Of a stretch of DNA of 64,000 nucleotides, positions 20,721-30,840 are shown piece by piece; position 1 is the stretch's first letter; the number at the start of each line of letters is the position of its first letter. A model generated the notes under the pieces. It was not told where the DNA came from, ran no database searches, and was given only the letters and a program-made list of their open reading frames with translations. The stretch is from positions 64,001 through 128,000 of IMG/VR virus record IMGVR_UViG_3300034110_001237. The stretch is one strand, 5' to 3'. The stretch comes from a virus. Position numbers and translations under genes: made by a program.

Positions 20721-21224
20721 ATGTTTAAAACTTTTCTTGCTGCTACTCTTTTAATCTCATCAGGTTTTGTATATGCAGAAACTATTGCACATGAACCATA
20801 TCTTATTCAATTCAAAGACAAACAAAATAAAATCAATGACGTTATAAGACTTGATGTTGATGGATTCCCATCTTCTGGCGGTGGGATAATGAAAGAAAAG
20901 CATAAAACAACCGACTGTATTCTTGAACCCTATGATTTTGAAATGTATTCCGCCAGTGATTCATTTTCTGGGATAACTGTTCAAACTTTATCCCAAACTA
21001 GAGAGATTTTTCACATTGTTTTTACATTAACGTATACCGAAGATTTTTCTACTGAAAACGCTATTAAATTGAATGATACTTGTACAATTGCTAATAACGT
21101 ATCAAGTACGATTGATGTCCAATGGGCAGGTGATATTCAGTTTGGAGAGAAGAAAACTATTAAACTGCCTAACAATAATGAACTGTATATGGAAGTGTTG
21201 AAAGATTATCCAGAAATAGATTAA
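20721..21224 (+). CDS. secreted protein, tandem family member 2
   Basis: Signal peptide MFKTFLAATLLISSGFVYA; DVQWAGDI; two Cys. Confidence 0.8.
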   Translation: MFKTFLAATLLISSGFVYAETIAHEPYLIQFKDKQNKINDVIRLDVDGFPSSGGGIMKEKHKTTDCILEPYDFEMYSASDSFSGITVQTLSQTREIFHIVFTLTYTEDFSTENAIKLNDTCTIANNVSSTIDVQWAGDIQFGEKKTIKLPNNNELYMEVLKDYPEID

Positions 21225-21307
21225 TATTTAATGGTTTAAATATATTTTAATATGATTGTATTAATAATTTAATAGCTTATAATAAACATTTAATTAGGAG
21301 TTTTATT

Positions 21308-21838
21308 ATGCTAAAAACCATATTTATAACAAGTTCTTTACTTATATCATCTATGTCTGCATATGCGGATGTTTCGGCTTACAAAATTGACATCAAAGAG
21401 AAACTTGATGACAGTTCATTTTCAATTACAACACCAATGGGCAGCATTGTTCCGTTCCAAAAAGGTGGTAATCCATTAAAAAATGAAAAGTGTTCTATTG
21501 TCTTGAATGATGGCACCACAAAAACAGAATTTGAAACTAACCAAATAAAGTCAGATAAAAATAATACATTAACTGCATCTGTATATCCTGTTTCTATTGA
21601 TGGCGATAAAGTTAAATTTGTATTGGTGTATAGTAAGCAAGATATGATGACTTCACAAGAAGATCAAGACTTCATGCAGATCGGTGAAAACTGTAAATTC
21701 CATAACTCAGTTGTTCATGCAGTATCTACTGATGTCCATTGGGCAGGTGAAGTAACGTTAGGTAAACATACCACTATTCCAGTATCTTCAAATAATTCTA
21801 TTGATGTACTTATTACAGAAATTAAACCAACTAAATAA
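21308..21838 (+). CDS. secreted protein, tandem family member 3
   Basis: Signal peptide; TASVYPVSIDGD; DVHWAGEV. Confidence 0.85.
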   Translation: MLKTIFITSSLLISSMSAYADVSAYKIDIKEKLDDSSFSITTPMGSIVPFQKGGNPLKNEKCSIVLNDGTTKTEFETNQIKSDKNNTLTASVYPVSIDGDKVKFVLVYSKQDMMTSQEDQDFMQIGENCKFHNSVVHAVSTDVHWAGEVTLGKHTTIPVSSNNSIDVLITEIKPTK

Positions 21839-21865
21839 TAACTCAATCCTTTTTGGAGATTTACA

Positions 21866-22399
21866 ATGTTAAAAAAAATGCTGATTGCAAGCTCATTGAC
21901 ACTTATTTCATTATCAGCTCTTGCTGATGTCGTTTCACCACCAATGTATAATATTGAACTTAGAGAAACTGATGGTGTTGTTGATACCGCTGTCGCTTCA
22001 TTTATCACATTTATTGGCAAGGCAATGCCAATTGAAGTCACACAAGAAAACAAAGACAATTCTACCAATTGTTCACTGACTGTTAAAGATGATATAGGTT
22101 TAACTGTATTGAATATTGAACAGAAAAATAAACTAGGTATTACTGCTACTGTTTACCCGATGTCTATTGATGGTGACAATATCAAATTAATGTTAACGTA
22201 TAGCAAACAAGCTGATATTTCGTCTGATAAAGGAACACTCGTTAATGATAACTGTTATTTTTCTAATGCTGTTTCAACCACCACCAATGTTCAATGGTTA
22301 GGGAATGTTGAGATTAATGAAAAAACAAAAATCCCAGTAGCTGGTAAAACAAACTTAATTGTTCTTATCAAAAAAGTTAATACTAATGATAAAGACTAA
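21866..22399 (+). CDS. secreted protein, tandem family member 4
   Basis: Signal peptide; TATVYPMSIDGD; NVQWLGNV. Confidence 0.85.
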   Translation: MLKKMLIASSLTLISLSALADVVSPPMYNIELRETDGVVDTAVASFITFIGKAMPIEVTQENKDNSTNCSLTVKDDIGLTVLNIEQKNKLGITATVYPMSIDGDNIKLMLTYSKQADISSDKGTLVNDNCYFSNAVSTTTNVQWLGNVEINEKTKIPVAGKTNLIVLIKKVNTNDKD

Positions 22400-23039
22400 T
22401 ATCAATCAATCTGTTAAAAATACCTGTCAACAACTAGGCTTTCCACAAGAATTTGTGGACAGCTTAGATATTGAAGCTGTCTTGGCGGCAGAAAAACAAC
22501 AAAAGACTATTTTAGCCATCAATTCAAATTATTCTGGTTCAATTGACATTCACTCTAAATTGACTGATTCTGTTAACAAGCACAGTATTTGTGTAACATT
22601 TGATAATCCAGTTGATTTTTTAGAAAAACGATCATTATTTAATCAAATACACGAAGATTCATTTTGTTTCTTCAATCTTATTTTTGATAACAACTTCAAG
22701 TTTGTGTCTTTTTCATTACCTTATTGTTTCCATGCTGATCATGTGTATAACGAAATTGAGCATGATTTTGTCATATTTTTCAAATTTGATATTGATAATC
22801 AATTGATAGGCGTTGAGACTCGAGAGTTTAGAGAGAGTGAAGAAATTCCTATGATATCGAAATCAAGTCATCTGTTAATGCCTATTGCTGATGAACTTTT
22901 GTTGGTGGAATTCCTACGTTACAAATACAGTCCAGAAATGATAGAACTCATTCCTGAATTTACCATACCAGCGGCTTATGATTTTACATCTGCAGATCTT
23001 GACCGCCGTATTCAATTAGCTAGAATGATCAAGTTTTAA
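22386..23039 (+). CDS. hypothetical protein related to 60189/60718, C-terminal MxxF tag
   Basis: ELIPEF....AYDFTS.D...RIQLARMIKF matches the PE.Y..GVY.F.S..F..R...ANM..I tail of 60189/60718. Confidence 0.8.
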   Translation: MIKTNINQSVKNTCQQLGFPQEFVDSLDIEAVLAAEKQQKTILAINSNYSGSIDIHSKLTDSVNKHSICVTFDNPVDFLEKRSLFNQIHEDSFCFFNLIFDNNFKFVSFSLPYCFHADHVYNEIEHDFVIFFKFDIDNQLIGVETREFRESEEIPMISKSSHLLMPIADELLLVEFLRYKYSPEMIELIPEFTIPAAYDFTSADLDRRIQLARMIKF

Positions 23040-23725
23040 TAGTCAAACACTTTATCTTGCAATCTGTCAAGAATTGTTATGTCACCCTTGTAATGTTTAT
23101 CAATTACTTGTTTGAAGGCTTCTGTATCCCTGAAAAACAGATGATTTGATGGTTTACACACTTTGACATTCATAGCATCTTCATAACTGTTAGAATGGCT
23201 AAATAGCTTATCATATTCTTTACCACGTTTTGACCATTCTCGTTTAGTCATACCTTCTGGTAAATCTGAGTTATCATAATAGTCGTAACTGATTAAAGGG
23301 ACATTGGCTTTTACATTCTCTATGATTTCTTTGTAAGCAGAATTGTTGTAGATACGATAGAAGGTTTTCTTGCCTTGTGTTTTAAAATAGATATTGGTCG
23401 TTTTGTTTAAAGCACAACTAGATTGAACTTTTGAGGCCAGCTCAATGATGGCATAATAGAATTCATGCAATTCAACTTGCCTACCTTTATATTTTTGATT
23501 GATAATACTGAACAGTAATTGATTTTGATAGGTAGCATACTGCTTTTCAAACACCTCTTGAAGTGATGTTTCGTTTTCAAACAGTATAAAGTCATCAATG
23601 ATCGATTTATAAATAGCCTCTCTGGCGATTTTGTTGGCAATTTCTTCAATTAATTTATTATGGCTATCAATTTCTGCCATTTTATTGGTATTTAGTACAA
23701 AAAAATTATCAATCACTGTTGACAT
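23036..23725 (-). CDS. hypothetical protein
   Basis: RBS GAGG; YDYYDNSDLPEGMTKREW..RG motif. Confidence 0.8.
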   Translation of the reverse strand: MSTVIDNFFVLNTNKMAEIDSHNKLIEEIANKIAREAIYKSIIDDFILFENETSLQEVFEKQYATYQNQLLFSIINQKYKGRQVELHEFYYAIIELASKVQSSCALNKTTNIYFKTQGKKTFYRIYNNSAYKEIIENVKANVPLISYDYYDNSDLPEGMTKREWSKRGKEYDKLFSHSNSYEDAMNVKVCKPSNHLFFRDTEAFKQVIDKHYKGDITILDRLQDKVFDY

Positions 23726-23895
23726 AAATTAACCCTCAAATAATCGATTATTTTACTTTATGGATGATAAAAAGTCAATGTTTTATGTTATTTTCATTTT
23801 ATTTCTTTGTTTTTAACTTTTTCATGATTAAAACGTTGCTTTATAGGCTCTATTTTGGTACAATATCGGAAATGAAAACAACGGAGATACACCAC

Positions 23896-25050
23896 ATGTC
23901 AATTTTTCCAACTATTCGCCATATTGACGACATCTTGCCAGCTTTGGTTGGTAAAGATTACATCGGTATCAACAAGCAATCTAACGGTTCGACTGTTATT
24001 TGCTATAACATCAGCAATGCTGAAGGTTTTGCTACGTCTTTTGAAAAAGAGTGTCGTGGTATTACTTTCAACCGCGATGGTAAAATTGTCTCCCGTCCTT
24101 TGCATAAGTTCTTTAACTTGGCAGAGCGTGAAGAAGTCTTGCCACAAAACTTGAATTGGGATGATGTTGTTGCTGTCTTCGATAAAATGGATGGTTCTAT
24201 GATTACGGGTGGTGTATTCCACGGTGAAGTCTTCGTAAAATCTAAAAAATCCTTTGAATCGGATGTGGCTGTCTCTGCTTTGGCTTATGTGAAAGCAAAC
24301 CAGAAATATTACGATTTCATCAAGCATTGTGCTAATGTAGATTTGACACCAGTTTTTGAATATACGTCGCCAAATAACCGGATCGTATTGCGTTACGATG
24401 AAGAAAAAATGACTGTGTTGCATGTTCGTCATAACATCACTGGTTTATACCATACTCCAGATGAAGTGGCAGCATTGGCGAAGTCTTTTGACATTCCAGT
24501 GAACGCACCATTGTTTGGTAAAGGCTTTGATTTGAAAGCATTGTTGGAATCTTTGAATACTGTTGAAGGAATCGAAGGTTATGTCATTCAGTTTAAAAAC
24601 GGCGATATGGTGAAAGTCAAAACTCGCTGGTATGTAAACTTGCACCATGCTGTTACTTTCGTGCGTATCCGTGATATTGCTCGTTTGGTATTGTCGGAAA
24701 AAATTGACGACTACATTGCATTTGTTGCTTTGAATGCACCAGAAGCCGATTTGACTCAAATCCATCATATCAACGACACTATTAAAGGTGAAATTGAAGG
24801 AATCAAGAAAGAAGTTGATACAATTTTGGCTCAGCATCAAGGTGCAGATTTCAAAACGTTGGCAACTACTTACTTGGGGCATCCATACTTCTCTTTCATC
24901 ATGACCACTGCTCGTGGTAAAGAAGTGGATTATTTGGACTACTACGAACGTAACCGTTTGAAAGAAGTTTGGTCTTTGGAGCAAGTGGATTTGGGTGACT
25001 TCACTGGCACCGACGAATCAGACGAAGAAGTTCAAGTAGACGAAGAGTGA
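23896..25050 (+). CDS. RNA ligase, T4 Rnl1 (RnlA) family
   Basis: ECRGITF..DG.IVSRP.HKFFN; motif I DKMDGS; FEYTSP.NRIV..Y; motif IV EGYVI; motif V VKVKT.WY; RBS GGAG before ATG 23896. Confidence 0.9.
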   Translation: MSIFPTIRHIDDILPALVGKDYIGINKQSNGSTVICYNISNAEGFATSFEKECRGITFNRDGKIVSRPLHKFFNLAEREEVLPQNLNWDDVVAVFDKMDGSMITGGVFHGEVFVKSKKSFESDVAVSALAYVKANQKYYDFIKHCANVDLTPVFEYTSPNNRIVLRYDEEKMTVLHVRHNITGLYHTPDEVAALAKSFDIPVNAPLFGKGFDLKALLESLNTVEGIEGYVIQFKNGDMVKVKTRWYVNLHHAVTFVRIRDIARLVLSEKIDDYIAFVALNAPEADLTQIHHINDTIKGEIEGIKKEVDTILAQHQGADFKTLATTYLGHPYFSFIMTTARGKEVDYLDYYERNRLKEVWSLEQVDLGDFTGTDESDEEVQVDEE

Positions 25051-25066
25051 TACACTGTAACATCAT

Positions 25067-25092
25067 AAAAAGGCGGCTATGTCGCCTTTTTT
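25067..25092 (+). terminator. intrinsic (bidirectional) terminator
   Basis: AAAAAGGCGGC-tat-GTCGCCTTTTTT. Confidence 0.75.
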
Positions 25093-25177
25093 GTTTAACC
25101 AGTTTTAACATTTAAGAATATTTTCATTGACTTAATATATATAAAATAGTATAATTAATCAAATCCTACGGAGTTAT

Positions 25178-25732
25178 GTGATGAATATTATTCCCCCAGA
25201 ACACAAAGAAAAAACCGTTAATTCTATTCTTTTTTCATGTACTTTAAACATAGCTCTCATCATTGGTGGAGTTTACTTAGCTTACCTATCGTTAGTATTT
25301 ACTTATCAACACTGGTCGATGATTTCTGGTTCTGTTGAATCGTTTTTCTTGATGTTTAAACCTGCTAAAGATTTTTTGGTTAGTCATCTTGGAAAACTCT
25401 TTATCGTCTGGTCGGTGATGACAGCTTGGTTTTTTTGCTTAACTTCTAAACTGGACAAAGAATATCTTGATTTCAACTCCGTAGCAATGAATATTACTGA
25501 TATTTTCATGTTCTTGGTTCCTTTTTTGGGCTTTATTGTTTTTGGAACGGTGCCCTTTAAACTCGACAGTTCATTGATTTTAATTAGTGTTATATCAAGT
25601 GTTATTTCTTTTGTTTGTTGTCTATTTTGGATTTGTATTGTCGGAATGCATCTTGATAATACTTTTTCAAAAAAAGAATATGGTACAGTAATGGAAGCTA
25701 GACCAGAACAGTTGAAATTAGACTTACTTTAA
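25178..25732 (+). CDS. 4-TM membrane protein, paralog of 25850
   Basis: Shared SI..SCT.N, K.FL..HLGK.FI.WS, PF.L; ends PEQLKLDLL. Confidence 0.85.
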   Translation: MMNIIPPEHKEKTVNSILFSCTLNIALIIGGVYLAYLSLVFTYQHWSMISGSVESFFLMFKPAKDFLVSHLGKLFIVWSVMTAWFFCLTSKLDKEYLDFNSVAMNITDIFMFLVPFLGFIVFGTVPFKLDSSLILISVISSVISFVCCLFWICIVGMHLDNTFSKKEYGTVMEARPEQLKLDLL

Positions 25733-25849
25733 ACATACATTCATCAAAAGTAAGAAAAGACGCATTGATAGCGTCTTTTTTTGTTTTTGTTAATTGACTT
25801 ATTGATAATAAATAATATTATATACTCAATTTATTGGAGTTATTATATT

Positions 25850-26383
25850 ATGGAAAAAGTTAAAAAAAGTTTAGGTTCCATTATGCTTTCTTGTACATGC
25901 AATGTAGTGCTTGCTTGTATAGGATTTTATTTGCTATATCTGTTATTCGGCTATCTCAATGATAACTGGGAAACGATTAGCACCAGTATCATGTCTTTTA
26001 TGACTACATTTATACCTCTTAAAAATTTCTTATTTGCACATCTTGGAAAAATATTTATTGCGTGGTCTATATTAGCTCTTTGGGTTTTATGTGTAGGTAT
26101 GAAAATGGAAGAAAATGAAATCGAAGAATCAAGTATACTTAATTTTATACTTTTCTTAATGCTTCCTGTTGGATCAATTATTTTCTTTATGATTCCTTTT
26201 CAACTCGGTTGGAAATGGTTCCCAGTCAATGTTTTGTCTATTTCAGCCAGCTTCGTTCTGCTTGTTTTCTTTATTGCTGTAATTTGTATTTTCTTTGATT
26301 TAGATACTGTTGATAACAAAGAAAATTCAGAAGGTACAGACATTGATGCTCCTGAGCAATTAGAGTTGTTTGATAAAAAATAA
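25850..26383 (+). CDS. 4-TM membrane protein, paralog of 25178
   Basis: RBS GGAG before ATG 25850; ends PEQLELFDKK. Confidence 0.85.
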   Translation: MEKVKKSLGSIMLSCTCNVVLACIGFYLLYLLFGYLNDNWETISTSIMSFMTTFIPLKNFLFAHLGKIFIAWSILALWVLCVGMKMEENEIEESSILNFILFLMLPVGSIIFFMIPFQLGWKWFPVNVLSISASFVLLVFFIAVICIFFDLDTVDNKENSEGTDIDAPEQLELFDKK

Positions 26384-26471
26384 AATAATAGGCCGACAAA
26401 GAGACGCTTTCATAGCGTCTTTTTTTTGCTTTATTGTTTTCATTATGGTATTATAACCAAATCAAAAAAAA

Positions 26472-27104
26472 ATGAGGTTATCATCAGTGATTAATGTAAT
26501 TACCAACAAAAAAATGATTGAAAATATTAAATCTGGCTTAAATTCTGAGTTGGTTGATCATCCTGCTATTCGTATTGATCATTGGGTATATAATGCCGAT
26601 ATCTTCCGAGAACTGTCATATGACGAGAATGGATTTAAACGCCCTGCTGATATTATTAACTACCTTTACTGTTCTTCTTACAACGATTTCTTGAAGGCTT
26701 ATAAAGTCACCAAAAGCAGCTTTGTTTTTGAAACTTTCAGACGTTATAAACATTATGCACTTGAATACACTTCACCGACTGAAACCTATTATTTCACAGT
26801 TAGCTATAACTCTGAACGTGGTATGGATATTAATTTCTATCCTCATATGATTTCATCTGGCTTTGATTCATCCGCCCGTGATGATTTTAATAGTGAAATG
26901 TATTTGGCTTATTCAAAGATTATGTATGACTTCTTGACGGAATTCTATGCGGATATTTTAAACCATCTTTTTGATACTTACGATTTGAAATCCATTATTG
27001 ACTATTTCAGCAAATCATACCGCCATTCAGTAGGTGCTGTTGAAATTTTAACAGATTATGAACAGTCTAGGGACATTACCTTGATTATGCCAAAACTACA
27101 ATGA
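26472..27104 (+). CDS. hypothetical protein
   Basis: 210-aa ORF; TGGTATTAT upstream; start may be a few codons downstream. Confidence 0.75.
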   Translation: MRLSSVINVITNKKMIENIKSGLNSELVDHPAIRIDHWVYNADIFRELSYDENGFKRPADIINYLYCSSYNDFLKAYKVTKSSFVFETFRRYKHYALEYTSPTETYYFTVSYNSERGMDINFYPHMISSGFDSSARDDFNSEMYLAYSKIMYDFLTEFYADILNHLFDTYDLKSIIDYFSKSYRHSVGAVEILTDYEQSRDITLIMPKLQ

Positions 27105-27131
27105 TTGTGTAGACAAAGCGTTGGATTAATT

Positions 27132-27692
27132 ATGATTAAAAATATAGACTTGTCTTTGGATTTAAAGGAATTTTTAATATATGTTGAGTCATTGAATATT
27201 GGTATGGAGCCTATTCATTACTATTATTTAATTGACGTTGATTACAAAAAAAGACTATGTTCAGTCACTGAAAATGGTGAAACAAAATTTTTGATAGGTA
27301 TTGATAAAATACAGTATCTACGAGAAATTTTAAAACCACTAATGAATGATAAAAACGTCAATCAACTTATTTATATACTTTCAATAGCTCAATTTTACAG
27401 CTATTTATTTTATGATGATTATTTCAATGGTTTAGTTGATTTCTCTTATGTGGATAAATATGCATCTGATTATTTACAGTTTTCAGTCGGTGTTTTAAAT
27501 TTTAATATTTTTGACAATAATATACAAGTTTATAATTGTGGTGACGATTATATATTTGAGTCATTTACTATTGAAGATACATATAATTTTTTCTTAAATT
27601 ATATTCAACAAAAAATAATTGACAATTTACACGCTGATAGGGAACAGATAAGTAACAAAAATATTTTGCTTCTTGAAATGCTGAAAATTTAA
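27132..27692 (+). CDS. hypothetical protein with C-terminal MxxI tag
   Basis: ATG 27132; ends LLEMLKI. Confidence 0.75.
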   Translation: MIKNIDLSLDLKEFLIYVESLNIGMEPIHYYYLIDVDYKKRLCSVTENGETKFLIGIDKIQYLREILKPLMNDKNVNQLIYILSIAQFYSYLFYDDYFNGLVDFSYVDKYASDYLQFSVGVLNFNIFDNNIQVYNCGDDYIFESFTIEDTYNFFLNYIQQKIIDNLHADREQISNKNILLLEMLKI

Positions 27693-27776
27693 ATCCCTAG
27701 CGTTCCTTCCATTTCTTCATTGCCTTGTTTTTACTCTTATGCTATAATAAGGCATCATTTTTTAGAGCATTCACTT

Positions 27777-28154
27777 ATGCAACCAAAGCCAGAATGGACA
27801 ACCTCACAAATCAATGCGAACATAGCCCTTCGCAACCGTCTTTATGTTTCCGGTTTTCTATTATCCGGTGTCCTGAAAGATATTCGTGCTGGTCATGCTA
27901 ATGGTGTTGTGAACCTTCATTACGAAGATGACATTCCAGTGGGTGTTATTGTTCATGTGACCGATGGCACACTAACTGATGATTTGTCTTGTTATTACGA
28001 CTTGATGGTTTTTGTCCGTAAGGCACATCGGAAGAAGGGTATTGGTAAAAAATTAGTGAATGAATTGAACGTGTCTACTCGTTTAAAAGTGGGCCGTGGA
28101 TCTCGATATAGTCAAAATTTTTGGAGTTCATTGGGGTTTAACACTTATGGCTAA
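27777..28154 (+). CDS. GNAT-family acetyltransferase
   Basis: FVRKAHRKKGIGKKL motif A and FWSSLGF motif B. Confidence 0.8.
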   Translation: MQPKPEWTTSQINANIALRNRLYVSGFLLSGVLKDIRAGHANGVVNLHYEDDIPVGVIVHVTDGTLTDDLSCYYDLMVFVRKAHRKKGIGKKLVNELNVSTRLKVGRGSRYSQNFWSSLGFNTYG

Positions 28155-28689
28155 TCATCATACGAAAAAGAAAATTGTAACGCTGGTTGTTGACAGCTTT
28201 CATACTGTTTTTAAAAACAATCACCTAAATGGACTGGGTTTTCATGAAGATTTTGAGCCGATGAAAGAGGTTTGTGCATTTTTCAATGGCACCCCTGTTG
28301 GAGCATACGGTTGCTTTAAATTTGAGTTGGATGGACACACCGTTTTTGTTTATAACACATATGGTGATGAAGACAACGAAAGACATGACGCCGAAGACAT
28401 GGTGAACATTGCCAGTATGGGTTTTTGTTTTTACTTTGATAAATACTTTTATTGTTTTGATATGGACTCTGGTGGTTACATTATACTTTTCAACAAAACA
28501 GTAAAGCCTGCTAAAATCGATCCTGATTTTTTTAGTGGTAAGCGACCTTTCTATCATTATAATGATCAAGGATTCTTGTCGATGCAAGGTTTTTATGAAA
28601 GCCTTAAATTTCCAGAACATCTAGAAGCTCATAAATGGACAAGTGGTCCAAGAACTCGATTTGAGCTTGAAGAATATACCTTATTATGA
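28147..28689 (+). CDS. hypothetical protein
   Basis: RBS GGGG, overlaps GNAT stop. Confidence 0.75.
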   Translation: MANHHTKKKIVTLVVDSFHTVFKNNHLNGLGFHEDFEPMKEVCAFFNGTPVGAYGCFKFELDGHTVFVYNTYGDEDNERHDAEDMVNIASMGFCFYFDKYFYCFDMDSGGYIILFNKTVKPAKIDPDFFSGKRPFYHYNDQGFLSMQGFYESLKFPEHLEAHKWTSGPRTRFELEEYTLL

Positions 28690-28742
28690 TACTATTGTTT
28701 AAAATGTGAAACACCCACTCATGCATACAAATAGGTGAATTT

Positions 28743-29048
28743 ATGACTACTCATTATCTTTCCATCTACAATCGTGAAACCACTACGTTGAACTATTCCG
28801 GGTTCAAAGACCCTACTGCAAGCTTGCTTAAAGTACAAGGCGAACTTTCCCCTGCGGTCATTGCAGCAGCTAAATTTATTGTAACTGATGGTGTTCTTGT
28901 TAAAATTAACGAAGGTGGCCGTTACCCTAAATGTGGTGTTGGTGAAACACTGACTGATGAACAGATTCATCACCTGCAATCCAACTATGAAAAAACCACC
29001 ACTCAATATTTGAACACATCCGATAAGATTGAGGCTATCTTGGCATGA
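28743..29048 (+). CDS. hypothetical protein
   Basis: RBS AGGTG, 101 aa. Confidence 0.75.
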   Translation: MTTHYLSIYNRETTTLNYSGFKDPTASLLKVQGELSPAVIAAAKFIVTDGVLVKINEGGRYPKCGVGETLTDEQIHHLQSNYEKTTTQYLNTSDKIEAILA

Positions 29049-29476
29049 ATACAAAACTCATGAAAGAAGAAGTTCAACTCTATAAGCCGAAGTATCGAAA
29101 TAGAACTCATGCTCGCATGGACTTTTCTGATTGGCAAAAAGAACTCAATCGTAAAATCCGTCAACAAATGCCACCAGAACTTTGCTTTCGTGTGGCTGTT
29201 CGTGAACACTTCTTGGATCGCCTAATTGACCGAGAAGCTGATCCTCGACACATCAAGAAGTTGATTGAAGATACGATTCAGAAGAAAATGTGCGAAATTC
29301 TCTTTTTTGGTGCATTAAATAAAGATTTTCCACGCATGGTTTTTACGGATACCATTCACCATGTTATGTCAACTTGGTCAAATCATGACCGTTGCATTGT
29401 ATTACGTTCTTATTTCTTGAACAGTGATCGTCTGGTGGGTCAGAATCCTGAGTTTACATTAAATCCCCATCAATAA
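29045..29476 (+). CDS. hypothetical protein, possible RelE/BECR-like RNase fold
   Basis: ATGA overlap; EHFLDRL..R motif and terminal strand ending LRSYF. Confidence 0.55.
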   Translation: MNTKLMKEEVQLYKPKYRNRTHARMDFSDWQKELNRKIRQQMPPELCFRVAVREHFLDRLIDREADPRHIKKLIEDTIQKKMCEILFFGALNKDFPRMVFTDTIHHVMSTWSNHDRCIVLRSYFLNSDRLVGQNPEFTLNPHQ

Positions 29477-29542
29477 ATATTTTCGTTGCATAATTGTTTT
29501 TTTGCTGTTATAATCTCGAAATCATATTATTGGAGATCAACC

Positions 29543-29935
29543 ATGTTTAAAGAAATGTCTCAACAAACTCAAGAACTTATTGTGGAATCACTGAACAGTG
29601 TTGTTACTAAACTTACTTGTTTTAATGGTGAAATTGCTATTCTCATGCAAGACGCGGCTGAACCCTATCAGAGTATCAATGATGCGGTGACTGACAAACT
29701 TGAAAACGTTGCTGAACTGTTTACCGAAGACGGTCATGTGATTGATGAAGTAGATGCTTATGCAAAAATGGTTGTTCTTAAAGCCCTTAATGATCGTATT
29801 AAGGAACTTGAAACTTCGCTGACCTATTTTATTCAATTTGGCGAGGCATTGCCTATTGAAGATGTGGTTTTTGCTTATGAATCCAAAATCAAAGCCCTGT
29901 ATGGTGCTCAAATGGAATTCTTGACCGCTGTTTAA
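29543..29935 (+). CDS. hypothetical helical protein
   Basis: TTGCAT-N17-TATAAT promoter, RBS GGAG, ATG 29543. Confidence 0.8.
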   Translation: MFKEMSQQTQELIVESLNSVVTKLTCFNGEIAILMQDAAEPYQSINDAVTDKLENVAELFTEDGHVIDEVDAYAKMVVLKALNDRIKELETSLTYFIQFGEALPIEDVVFAYESKIKALYGAQMEFLTAV

Positions 29936-30041
29936 GCTGTATTAGTGATTTAATAAAGCCATCCTTGTGATGGTTTTTTTATTGAAATTTTTTGTTGTTT
30001 GTATTATAATATACATCTCAATTCTAACATGAGTAAATAAA

Positions 30042-30482
30042 ATGTCTAATTTTAATGTAGGTGATGTTGTCGTTGACTTAACCAATATGGACAAATGGCG
30101 AGATCCGAAAGAATTTAAGTCGGAATTCTTTCTCTATGAATTCAATAAAAAAGTTTTGATGACGGACGAAACAAGCTTCATTATCAAATCAAATCATGAA
30201 CGTTATAATAATCCTGTTTTCTTGCCTGATCATGAGCTATTTTCTCAATCTACCGGATTGAATGAAGATAAGTCCCGAGTTCTTTTCAACTTGACTCCAC
30301 ACATGGCTGGTCTTGGTGCAGTCCTTCGAAAACAAAAGACACCAGAAGAATACGCTCGCTTAAAATCACCTCTTGCAATGGATGATGATGAAGACTTTAA
30401 TCATTTTGTTAGGTCTTTAAAAGATGCCTTCTTGACTTATTTTGATAACATCCATGAAGAAATCAAGCCACAAATTGCTTGA
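30042..30482 (+). CDS. hypothetical protein
   Basis: Promoter upstream; FNVGDVV start; 146 aa. Confidence 0.75.
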   Translation: MSNFNVGDVVVDLTNMDKWRDPKEFKSEFFLYEFNKKVLMTDETSFIIKSNHERYNNPVFLPDHELFSQSTGLNEDKSRVLFNLTPHMAGLGAVLRKQKTPEEYARLKSPLAMDDDEDFNHFVRSLKDAFLTYFDNIHEEIKPQIA

Positions 30483-30542
30483 TGTTTTTGGTGTTTTTTG
30501 ATAAAATAGTTTCATAAATTAATCACATATTAGGTGGCAGTC

Positions 30543-30803
30543 ATGTCTGAACGTGTAATCACTATTAAAAAAGTAGGTACTGTCAATAATGTTATGTATC
30601 GAGATGTTCTTGTTGGATCATTTGAAGATGGAGATACAGAAACTCTTGCCATGATTATTGATCGAGCTATTGACGTTTCTATCGAACGAAGGGCACCCAG
30701 TTTAAAAGACGCTTTTGAGCGAACTATTGATCTGGCGTATGATATGGGGCGAAAAGGTCAAAATATCAATACGGCTAAACAACTTATTTTGTTGGCTTGC
30801 TAA
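30543..30803 (+). CDS. small protein, paralog of 30841
   Basis: ITI......V.Y...(L/F)(V/I)G..EDGD shared with 30841. Confidence 0.75.
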   Translation: MSERVITIKKVGTVNNVMYRDVLVGSFEDGDTETLAMIIDRAIDVSIERRAPSLKDAFERTIDLAYDMGRKGQNINTAKQLILLAC

Positions 30804-30840
30804 ACAAAACTTCAGCTTTCTACTATTTTCGAGGCTTGTG

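Noticed and set aside
26472-27104. Additional member of the C-terminal Mxx-phi tag set (also 37457 and 37738)
   Set aside because: Met is out of register or flanking hydrophobic positions are missing (LIMPKLQ, NTKMNGC, ISKMKRF).
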